Virus record (IMG/VR): IMGVR_UViG_3300032253_000012 | Coordinates: 1-37,627 of that record | DNA length: 37,627 nucleotides | Source: a virus | Taxonomy: Duplodnaviria > Caudoviricetes | Reading direction: 5' to 3' (one strand) | Shown: one piece after another, positions 26,037 to 32,952 of the stretch | How positions within the stretch are numbered: the stretch's first letter is position 1 | How the letters are laid out: every line of letters begins with the position of its first letter | Notes under the pieces: generated by a model | What the model was told of the DNA's origin: nothing | What the model saw: the letters and a program-made list of their open reading frames with translations, nothing else | Database searches by the model: none | Program-made: the position numbers and the translations under genes

Positions 26037-28590
26037 AATCATACTCCAATATATCGTCAAATTTTCCATTAGGTCTTACTAATATTCTTGTTGGTTTATC
26101 AAGCGTCTTCATAGCTTCCGCTGCTTCTTCCGCGCTTTGTGGTATGGCCGCCGCGCTACCTCCGCGTTTAATCCAGAAGCCAGCGAATCTTGTTTTCATT
26201 TTAGGGTTTTCTGGGAATACCCATTCAGGATAACTAGTTACGCCAACGTGATAGGATATCTTAATTGAATCTGGTTTACCTGTTTTCATATGAATATCAT
26301 AATAAACATCATCCACATCATACCATACCGATTCAATTTGGCTGGATAGTATGGCGGCTTTACTGCTATTGGTTTCCACGTTTGGTTCTGGTTCTGGCCA
26401 TTCATACCCGCAATCGAAGCACACGCGAACTGCCGCATGGTTTAAGCTTAGGCATTTAGGGCATTGTTTTATTGGTGCGTCTCCTGTGCCATTGCCCGGT
26501 GCTTTTACTTTTACATTATCTATGGGGCCAAGGGCTTTTACAACCCCGCCAAAATCCAATACCATACAGTTAGAAACTAACAACCCTTGGCAAGTGAAGC
26601 GATTTCTGGGTCCGGCATTGAGAATGTCCCATACCTGCCTTTTGGTTTGCTTGATTTTAGGTTGAAAAATCTGCACTCTATTTCTTGGAAAGAAAAACCC
26701 TTGTTTAATAGTTTTATTATTGTATCGTCTGCGTAACGCACGTTTGGAAATTGATCTCTGAATAAATGCATTTGTCTTGTACCAAAACTGCATCGCTGAT
26801 TGTTCATATTTATAATAGCTCGAACAAGACGAAGATTCCCCGGCTCGTAATGACCGTTGTTGTCTATTCTGTCTATTTGTAAGGACCGATCCAAACCAAG
26901 ATTGTCCATTATGTATTTGCCCATTAAGCTGGGGCTGCCAAACCTGAACTTGATTCCTCTTGCCCCATAATTTGGGTAACTTAAATCCTTCTTGTTTGTG
27001 CATCTCTGCTTCGCAGTAACACATCTCCGCTGTAGCCATTTTGGGACTCCAAGAACGGGCTTGCTGATATTTGTGATCCGTCCACATTTTCTGCACCCAG
27101 CAGTTTTTTTCCTCAGCGTATCCACAGCTTTTTCTTCCAGCCTCCCACATCCATTGCATAAGGTTTCTAAATACGGACGTGATCTCTCGCCCTTTCTTAT
27201 AACCACTCCTGTTGTAACCACTATCGAGCTTGATTTCCATCCCACCATATCCTGTAATACTGATGGGTATTTGTTTGGCGGCGCATTCTTTAAATTCTTT
27301 CCATCCATATTCTGTCCACACCTTATGATCGGGCGTTGCTATCAGCCCAGCATACTCAATTGTATTTTGGATACCTTTTGACACTATACCACCATGCCTC
27401 ACAAATGCAACACCATCCCAAACTTTCATTTGTTTTGTTATTTTTTCAATCGGTACCAACCCTATATCGGTTAGAATCTTTTGCCCTTCGGCAATACAAT
27501 CTGGTTTGGCTGATGAAGCGATCGCGGCCAGTCGTAGCTCTTTGGTCGGTAGGTTTCCGATAGAGCCATCAACCAACCTCATTCCACGGCCAACAATCTG
27601 AACATATGACGATGGGGCGCGTAGTGGGCGCATAAGAACAACGAGATCAATGCAGGGGATATCGATTCCTGTTGTCATCGTCATCACATTGACAACGCCA
27701 TCAACTTCCTTGCGCTCAAACTGGCCAAATATTATATCACGCTCTTCTTCTTTGGTGTCTCCTGTAATTAGCGCGAAGTTTAATCCACGCCTTTTAAATT
27801 CCTCCACTGTGTTTTCCGCGTGCTTAACAGTAACACAGAAAACTAGCGGGTAGTTTCTAGTTTCCATGTGGTGGATTACCTCAGTTACACAAGCCTCTGT
27901 AATTTCGCATTTGTTCACAGCTTCATCAAGTTGAGACACAACAAAATCTCCGCCACTCATACCAACACTAGAAACGTCCATTTCAATATTGGTTTTTGGT
28001 GTTATTACTGGCGTTAGGTATCCCTCCTCTAGCAAGTGCAGAACTGGTATTTCAAAAGCTATATCTGTAAATAAAGGATTCTTACCCTCAGTTAGATATC
28101 CTTGGTTCTGTCTGTAAGGTGTGGCCGTGTATCCGCATATTTTTAATTTAGGGTTGATTATCATCAGCGCAGCAATGAACTGTCTATACATTGTTGCTTG
28201 ATTGGGGGAGATTAAATGTGCCTCATCAATTAAAATTAAATCGACATGGCCAACGATAGAAGCCTTGCGATATATCGACTGTATCCCAGCAAATAATATT
28301 TTGGCGTGATGGTCTTTCCTGCCAAGGCTCGCACTATAAAATCCAAGTGGTGCATGAGGCCATTGCTTGATCAGTGTCGCGGCATTCTGTTTTAAAAGTT
28401 TAGCTACATGAGCTAATACTAATATTCTAGTTCCTGGGTATAGGGTACAAGCCCGCTTGGTAAATTCAGCGATCATTAAAGCTTTACCACTGGCTGTAGG
28501 AGCAACGATTAATGGATTACCATCGCTTATAGCCCAATAATCGAAAGGTGCGCGGATTGCCTTTTCTTGATATGGTCGGGGGGTGAACAT
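26023..28590 (-). CDS. SF2 DEAH-box helicase (RadD/YejH-like) with C-terminal zinc finger, interrupted by an intein (545 aa after splicing)
   Basis: PRPYQ, APTASGK, IDEAH, TATP, TTGIDIP, QIVGRGMR, spliced junction KPD|CMVLDFGG, CPKC...CFDCG. Confidence 0.92.
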   Translation of the reverse strand: MFTPRPYQEKAIRAPFDYWAISDGNPLIVAPTASGKALMIAEFTKRACTLYPGTRILVLAHVAKLLKQNAATLIKQWPHAPLGFYSASLGRKDHHAKILFAGIQSIYRKASIVGHVDLILIDEAHLISPNQATMYRQFIAALMIINPKLKICGYTATPYRQNQGYLTEGKNPLFTDIAFEIPVLHLLEEGYLTPVITPKTNIEMDVSSVGMSGGDFVVSQLDEAVNKCEITEACVTEVIHHMETRNYPLVFCVTVKHAENTVEEFKRRGLNFALITGDTKEEERDIIFGQFERKEVDGVVNVMTMTTGIDIPCIDLVVLMRPLRAPSSYVQIVGRGMRLVDGSIGNLPTKELRLAAIASSAKPDCIAEGQKILTDIGLVPIEKITKQMKVWDGVAFVRHGGIVSKGIQNTIEYAGLIATPDHKVWTEYGWKEFKECAAKQIPISITGYGGMEIKLDSGYNRSGYKKGREITSVFRNLMQWMWEAGRKSCGYAEEKNCWVQKMWTDHKYQQARSWSPKMATAEMCYCEAEMHKQEGFKLPKLWGKRNQVQVWQPQLNGQIHNGQSWFGSVLTNRQNRQQRSLRAGESSSCSSYYKYEQSAMQFWYKTNAFIQRSISKRALRRRYNNKTIKQGFFFPRNRVQIFQPKIKQTKRQVWDILNAGPRNRFTCQGLLVSNCMVLDFGGVVKALGPIDNVKVKAPGNGTGDAPIKQCPKCLSLNHAAVRVCFDCGYEWPEPEPNVETNSSKAAILSSQIESVWYDVDDVYYDIHMKTGKPDSIKISYHVGVTSYPEWVFPENPKMKTRFAGFWIKRGGSAAAIPQSAEEAAEAMKTLDKPTRILVRPNGKFDDILEYDFGQA
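26569..27498 (-). mobile_element. Intein (310 aa, helicase residues 365-674)
   Basis: Block A CIAEGQKILT, block B GLIATPDHKVWT (TxxH), block F VWDILNAGPRNRF, block G LLVSN followed by +1 Cys; removal restores the conserved helicase motif. Confidence 0.93.
26577..27308 (-). CDS. HNH-type (homing) endonuclease-like protein nested in the +1 frame of the intein
   Basis: DMVGWKSSSIVV...CNGCG...GCRKC zinc module, KQRCTN...YPNYGARGI, IDRIDNNGHYEPGNLR...NMNNQR beta-beta-alpha-like motif, C-terminal HTH-like segment; SD-like TAAGGTG upstream of ATG. Confidence 0.85.
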   Translation of the reverse strand: MDGKNLKNAPPNKYPSVLQDMVGWKSSSIVVTTGVVIRKGERSRPYLETLCNGCGRLEEKAVDTLRKKTAGCRKCGRITNISKPVLGVPKWLQRRCVTAKQRCTNKKDLSYPNYGARGIKFRFGSPSLMGKYIMDNLGLDRSLQIDRIDNNGHYEPGNLRLVRAIINMNNQRCSFGTRQMHLFRDQFPNVRYADDTIIKLLNKGFSFQEIECRFFNLKSSKPKGRYGTFSMPDPEIASLAKGC

Positions 28591-28592
28591 TG

Positions 28593-29264
28593 TTAATAAA
28601 ACATATCGGGTTGACGATATGCCTCCTCTATACGCTTATAGGCTATATCGAAGTATTTTTCTTCTAGCTCTATACCTATAAATTTACGCCCCATTTTGGC
28701 GCAAGCTACCCCTGTTGTGCCACTACCCATGAAGGGGTCAAGGATTATTTTGGTGTCTTTAGGCAGGTTATCAATACACCACTCCATGACCTCTACAGGC
28801 TTTTGTGTTGGGTGTTCTCTTACATCATCGCCTTTGCGTATCATACCATTCCACATGTATCTTTTTATCCTTACAGCTTTCTTTAAGCTTGTCCACGCCA
28901 TCTCAGCATCAGCAAAGTCATTAGCCCCATTCTCTTTATCCCATATTAACCAGCAAGATGTGGGCGGGAGAGGGAAATAGTTACCACCAAATATAATTTG
29001 TTCACCACTACAAGCCATCATTAAATCAAGGTGTTGCTTTCCAATAGGATATTTATCCCAATCATGCACCCCATAATCTCTTTGGTCAGCTAATGCCTTT
29101 GACTTCCCACCGCTTTTTCTCTGTCGTGACTGAGTTTTTTTACTATTTTCATTTATCCCATAAGGTGGGTCAGTCACAACAGCGTCAACCTTATTAATCC
29201 CCAGCATAACCTCCATACAGTCCCCTAAGTACAGCGTACAATCACCAATTATTTCTTTTATCAT
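28593..29264 (-). CDS. DNA N4-cytosine/N6-adenine methyltransferase (beta class)
   Basis: LYLGDC, VVTDPPYG, HPTQKP, LDPFMGSGTTG, FIGIE. Confidence 0.93.
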   Translation of the reverse strand: MIKEIIGDCTLYLGDCMEVMLGINKVDAVVTDPPYGINENSKKTQSRQRKSGGKSKALADQRDYGVHDWDKYPIGKQHLDLMMACSGEQIIFGGNYFPLPPTSCWLIWDKENGANDFADAEMAWTSLKKAVRIKRYMWNGMIRKGDDVREHPTQKPVEVMEWCIDNLPKDTKIILDPFMGSGTTGVACAKMGRKFIGIELEEKYFDIAYKRIEEAYRQPDMFY

Positions 29265-30235
29265 CCCTCATCCCTCCAAACGCTTCCATCTTCCATAGTG
29301 TACTCAATCCAATTTTCTTCTGGGCTAGAATCTATAGGCTCACCAGGAACAAGTGTTGGGTTGTATCTGTGGCTTTTGCAACCTCTTTCTTGGTGGGCGT
29401 AGTCTAGCGTTGTATCATTGTTTATATCCCTTAAAATCCCGCAGCTCCATGTACCATCCCTTTCAGCAGTAACATGGGCACACGTCCTGCAATTCCTATC
29501 AGCGGCCTCACGCCCCCTACAAAGCTCTTTAAAGTCACAGAATAAACATGGTGGCATTTTATCGCTATCACTAAACTTTTCTGGTGCTTCATCAGAAAAT
29601 ATAATTCTTTCGGCTTTGGCTTTTAGTTTAATAGCCTCCGCTGGGTCTGCTTCTGTTCGGACACCTATCTGTTTCCTGCCCCCTGGTGTTGTGACTGTCA
29701 TCCATGAGCGAGTAAGCCCTTCGTAGTCCATATATAAAACCTGTTGCGCGTAATAAACGATATCCCATATTGATAAAGCTGATTTTTCATTGATCGCCTT
29801 TAGCTTCTCAAGCTTGGCAAATTTCTTGTCATTTACCGCTTTATTTTCCCATAGGTGGAGTGTCGCTGGGGCTTGAAGTAATCCCAATAATATTCCATCG
29901 GCGTGCCCTCTGAGGTGTCCTCCAAAATCTTTCCATCCAATTTGTCTAGTTGAATCGCCTGACGCTGTGGTTTGTAACTCTAGTTGAGGCACAGCCTTTA
30001 TACGCTCAGCTACTAAATCCTCTGTACGGTGTCCGTCCTCAAAATAACGTAGGGTTTGAGCTTTGAATTTAATTGTTTTCACCCAGCGGAATCCATACCA
30101 AAGCTCACGAGAGCATTCTTTACCAAGTGAAGACATTCCTAAGTACGGTCTGCGCTTTTCTTCTGTTTGCGCGGCCTCTTGTGCTTTATCCATGGCTTCG
30201 AGGGTTGGGCATTGTGTGGTGACTGGTAGTTTCAT
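29261..30235 (-). CDS. PD-(D/E)xK exonuclease, Cas4/RecB-like with Cys cluster
   Basis: YLGMSSLGKECSRELW, GHADG, WENK, YYAQ..LYM, CLFCDFKELC, CRTCAH. Confidence 0.8.
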   Translation of the reverse strand: MKLPVTTQCPTLEAMDKAQEAAQTEEKRRPYLGMSSLGKECSRELWYGFRWVKTIKFKAQTLRYFEDGHRTEDLVAERIKAVPQLELQTTASGDSTRQIGWKDFGGHLRGHADGILLGLLQAPATLHLWENKAVNDKKFAKLEKLKAINEKSALSIWDIVYYAQQVLYMDYEGLTRSWMTVTTPGGRKQIGVRTEADPAEAIKLKAKAERIIFSDEAPEKFSDSDKMPPCLFCDFKELCRGREAADRNCRTCAHVTAERDGTWSCGILRDINNDTTLDYAHQERGCKSHRYNPTLVPGEPIDSSPEENWIEYTMEDGSVWRDEG

Positions 30236-30336
30236 GTTATCCTCGTGATTAAAAAGGCGGAGCCGTCTTGTGAATGCTATTGATTATTTACACTCCAACA
30301 TTCCTTGGAACGAAGTAACGGACAAGACGGCTCCAT

Positions 30337-30368
30337 AAAAAAAGTGCCAGCATATATTACCCGCTGGC
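30337..30368 (-). terminator. Intrinsic terminator after ssb-like gene
   Basis: Minus strand GCCAGC-11 nt-GCTGGC-AC-TTTTTTT. Confidence 0.65.
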
Positions 30369-30382
30369 TAGGATCCCTCAGC

Positions 30383-30895
30383 TTACTTATGCCAAGGAGC
30401 TGCGGCCTGTGCGGAAGTCGCAGGTGGTGCAGTAGTAGTAGGTGGTGCTACATTGTTTGTTGCTGGTGGTGTAGAGGCGGCTTGTGTAACAGCTCCAGCA
30501 ACAGGGCTATAATCAGCGATGTAAATTTCACCAATACTTTTGCCTTTAGTTTTTTTCTTTACTACAGCTACCGCACGTTTTTGCAATAAGGCAGCGGAAT
30601 CATTTGTGCCGGGAACCTGTGCGGCCATACGCAAGGTATTAAATTCCTCACCAGCAATTTTAACTGCAATAGGATTGCTGTTCCAAAAGTTTAAAATAAT
30701 GGTAAAATCAGCACCTTTTTGTGGGCCATCATCCACAACACAATTGTATTGAAGATATTTATTAGCTGGATTTGATTTTGCCTCCTTTATTTCTTCAGTA
30801 AGGATAATGAAGGGATGCTCACCTTCATCTAAAGGAAATCCGCCTCCTCCCATTTTAGGTGAGTTGTCATCAAAGTTTTGTCCTAAATCTGCCAT
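30383..30895 (-). CDS. Single-stranded DNA-binding protein (DUF669-like)
   Basis: SD CAGGAG before ATG 30895; OB-fold-like body, A/P/T-rich linker and APW C-terminus; follows Sak4-like ATPase. Confidence 0.7.
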   Translation of the reverse strand: MADLGQNFDDNSPKMGGGGFPLDEGEHPFIILTEEIKEAKSNPANKYLQYNCVVDDGPQKGADFTIILNFWNSNPIAVKIAGEEFNTLRMAAQVPGTNDSAALLQKRAVAVVKKKTKGKSIGEIYIADYSPVAGAVTQAASTPPATNNVAPPTTTAPPATSAQAAAPWHK

Positions 30896-30896
30896 G

Positions 30897-31658
30897 TTAT
30901 TTAGCTCCTGTTTTTTTAGGGTTAAAGTAAGGGATATGTTTAGTAAGTTCATTCCAATCCAGCGGCATTTCCGCTGGTAAAGAATAGCGGTTTTTGGCTA
31001 CGAACGCGGGGCGTTCCTCAGTGAACATAATTCGCTCACCTGCACCAACAGCTCGAACATTTTTCTTGTCCTTGCCATCTTTAATGGTGGTAACTCTGTA
31101 GTTAGCAAACAACACGATATCACTGTGTTCTAGTAATTTACCCGCAGCCTTATCCTGAAGCTTGATTTGATAGCGGTCATACGGCTCTGTAGTGGGGTCA
31201 TTATATTTCTTGGCAATAGAGTGTGCTGTTTGAATAATTGTCATACCCTTCTCATTGCGTAGATAATTTATCGCGTCGATGTATTCTGACCAATAAGTTA
31301 AAGCTTCAACATAGCCTCTGCCATAACCAGGATCCTCAATACTTGTCCAGTTATTAACTTCACAAGTATGTTGCCATATAAGCGGCTCCATCCAATCAAG
31401 AGAATCCTCCACAAGAGTTTTGAAGTCGTGTTCCTGTGTTGCTAGAACAGTTAAAGCGTCCATTACTTCTGCATAAGAATTGCACAGAGGAAAATGATCT
31501 GACTCTAATAATCCTAGACCGTCTTCTGTTAAGATAAAAATTGGATTTGGAGCATCAGCACCAAACTTGGTTTTACCAATACCTTGAACACCATGAATTA
31601 GTATTCTTGGAGGTAGATGTGATGCGCCTTTTTGAATTGATTTTAAATCGAATGCCAT
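30897..31658 (-). CDS. Sak4-like AAA ATPase / phage recombinase
   Basis: ILIHGVQGIGKT Walker A, TLVEDSLDW Walker B, GYGRGY, AKNRY. Confidence 0.8.
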   Translation of the reverse strand: MAFDLKSIQKGASHLPPRILIHGVQGIGKTKFGADAPNPIFILTEDGLGLLESDHFPLCNSYAEVMDALTVLATQEHDFKTLVEDSLDWMEPLIWQHTCEVNNWTSIEDPGYGRGYVEALTYWSEYIDAINYLRNEKGMTIIQTAHSIAKKYNDPTTEPYDRYQIKLQDKAAGKLLEHSDIVLFANYRVTTIKDGKDKKNVRAVGAGERIMFTEERPAFVAKNRYSLPAEMPLDWNELTKHIPYFNPKKTGAK

Positions 31659-32152
31659 TACACACTCCCCTCTACAAGTTTAATTGAGATTTTACGCTTG
31701 CCTGGTGTAACGCTGCGAGCTGGAGCAAATACCTTTTGAATTGCTTTTGGCCATGCATTAAAGGTAGCTTCAGGAATTGAACGCTTAACAGTTATATACT
31801 CTTCAGGATCTTCCTCCCAATCATCACGGATAACCTTCTCGCCAGCTTTCATAGCGTCAGCATCCCATTTAACATTTTTGGGGGTTTCAGCTTCTACCAC
31901 ATAACCATCTTGGCTATCGTCATTGAAGGTTGCCTTACCATAAATACTTTCCTTAGCCTTATAAGCTTCAGCCATTGGCTTAGCATAACGCTTATTAAGG
32001 ATGCTGTTATATATAGTGCCAATATCTTTAATTTTAGTGGCTTCAATAACAATCTCTTGCTGTATTAATAGCAGTTGATCTACTGTGAGAGCCTCTAAAT
32101 CTGCGGGGGTCATCGTTAGAAGATCCTCCATAGAAATTGAATTTTTCGTCAT
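31658..32152 (-). CDS. Conserved hypothetical protein of the phage recombination module
   Basis: SD AAGGA; PKNVKWD...FNAWP...FAPARSV pattern; translationally coupled to the ATPase. Confidence 0.7.
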   Translation of the reverse strand: MTKNSISMEDLLTMTPADLEALTVDQLLLIQQEIVIEATKIKDIGTIYNSILNKRYAKPMAEAYKAKESIYGKATFNDDSQDGYVVEAETPKNVKWDADAMKAGEKVIRDDWEEDPEEYITVKRSIPEATFNAWPKAIQKVFAPARSVTPGKRKISIKLVEGSV

Positions 32153-32204
32153 AGTTCTTTCCTTGTAGTTATCTATGGTAACTCATGTTGAGTACCTAAC
32201 AACA

Positions 32205-32235
32205 ACACTAAAGATATGTTGAATCTATGTCAACA
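32205..32235 (-). promoter_or_regulatory. Sigma70 promoter of recombination operon with overlapping palindromic operator
   Basis: TTGACA-17 nt-TAGTGT on minus strand; TGTTGA-N7-TCAACA palindrome at 32217-32235 covers the -35. Confidence 0.7.
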
Positions 32236-32250
32236 GTTTATTTGTATTTT

Positions 32251-32661
32251 TTATGATATCCACTCATCAAGAATAGCGAGTGCTTGATCTACAGCGTCTT
32301 GTGGGCAGTCAGCCTTAATCACACGCACATCATGGCCAAGTGAGCGCAATAGTTTATGGCGGGCTTTTTGAGTTTTAGATACTGATCCGCGTTTAGTTTT
32401 TAGTTCTATCATGCCAAGTCTGCCATCACCAAAGTATAACCTTAAATCGGCTTCCCCTGCTCTCATGCCAGACATTTTAGCTTTTATAGCTTGTTTTCTA
32501 CTTGTTCTTAAGCCATTTTGATCTGCTGCGAATGTGAATTTTGCTCCTGCAAGTTCTGCTTTATGCAGGGCTTCCGCAATAGCCATCTGCAAATGATCTT
32601 CTTTCCATGATAGACTGGGATTGCTCCATAGGTGACGATTTAGTATGGATAATTTAGGCAT
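32251..32661 (-). CDS. VRR-NUC family nuclease (Holliday-junction resolvase-like)
   Basis: E..LQ, GMRAGEADL, IELKTKRGSVSKTQK...LRSLGH. Confidence 0.8.
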   Translation of the reverse strand: MPKLSILNRHLWSNPSLSWKEDHLQMAIAEALHKAELAGAKFTFAADQNGLRTSRKQAIKAKMSGMRAGEADLRLYFGDGRLGMIELKTKRGSVSKTQKARHKLLRSLGHDVRVIKADCPQDAVDQALAILDEWIS

Positions 32662-32875
32662 TCAATAAATCCGCTGGGTTGATTTCAATTTTATGCTCTT
32701 TAGCCAGTCCAATGAATTTTTTCTGTAGGTCAGTGCTAAAAGTTCCACGCTTCATGGCGTGATGAAGGGTGGTGCGATCTATATTTATAGCCTCAGACAT
32801 TTTAGGTATTGATCCGTTGAAAGTAGGTAGAAATTTATCAACCATCTTCTCTACACGATTTTTTTCAGTAGTCAT
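32654..32875 (-). CDS. Small HTH Cro-like transcription regulator
   Basis: 73 aa; GSIPKMSEAINIDRTTLHHAMKRG HTH-like segment and INPADLL end; own promoter. Confidence 0.6.
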   Translation of the reverse strand: MTTEKNRVEKMVDKFLPTFNGSIPKMSEAINIDRTTLHHAMKRGTFSTDLQKKFIGLAKEHKIEINPADLLNA

Positions 32876-32914
32876 TATTTAATCCTAATTAAGTTGTGCC
32901 GCCGCACAATTAAT

Positions 32915-32945
32915 AGGATAGAGGATAGTTGAAGGAATGGCAACA
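32915..32945 (-). promoter_or_regulatory. Sigma70-like promoter of cro-like gene with degenerate copy of the same operator
   Basis: TTGCCA-17 nt-TATCCT on minus strand; AGTTGA-N7-GCAACA at 32927-32945. Confidence 0.55.
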
Positions 32946-32952
32946 TTAAAGT

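Noticed and set aside
26577-27308. Explaining the nested HNH ORF as an ordinary in-frame intein endonuclease broken by sequencing frameshifts
   Set aside because: The intein frame is uninterrupted end to end, the nested ORF has its own start/SD/stop, and codon choice avoids stops in the intein frame; cannot be fully excluded without reads.
26992-27381. 129-aa antisense ORF inside the intein (possible third coding frame)
   Set aside because: No motifs or RBS; similar antisense shadow ORFs occur throughout the genome.
28470-28510. Deviant Walker A (SGKA) in SF2 helicase suggesting inactivity
   Set aside because: All other helicase motifs are intact; a single substitution is insufficient evidence.
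29261-30235. CRISPR-Cas association of the Cas4-like nuclease
   Set aside because: No repeat-spacer array or other cas genes; context is the Sak4/SSB recombination module.
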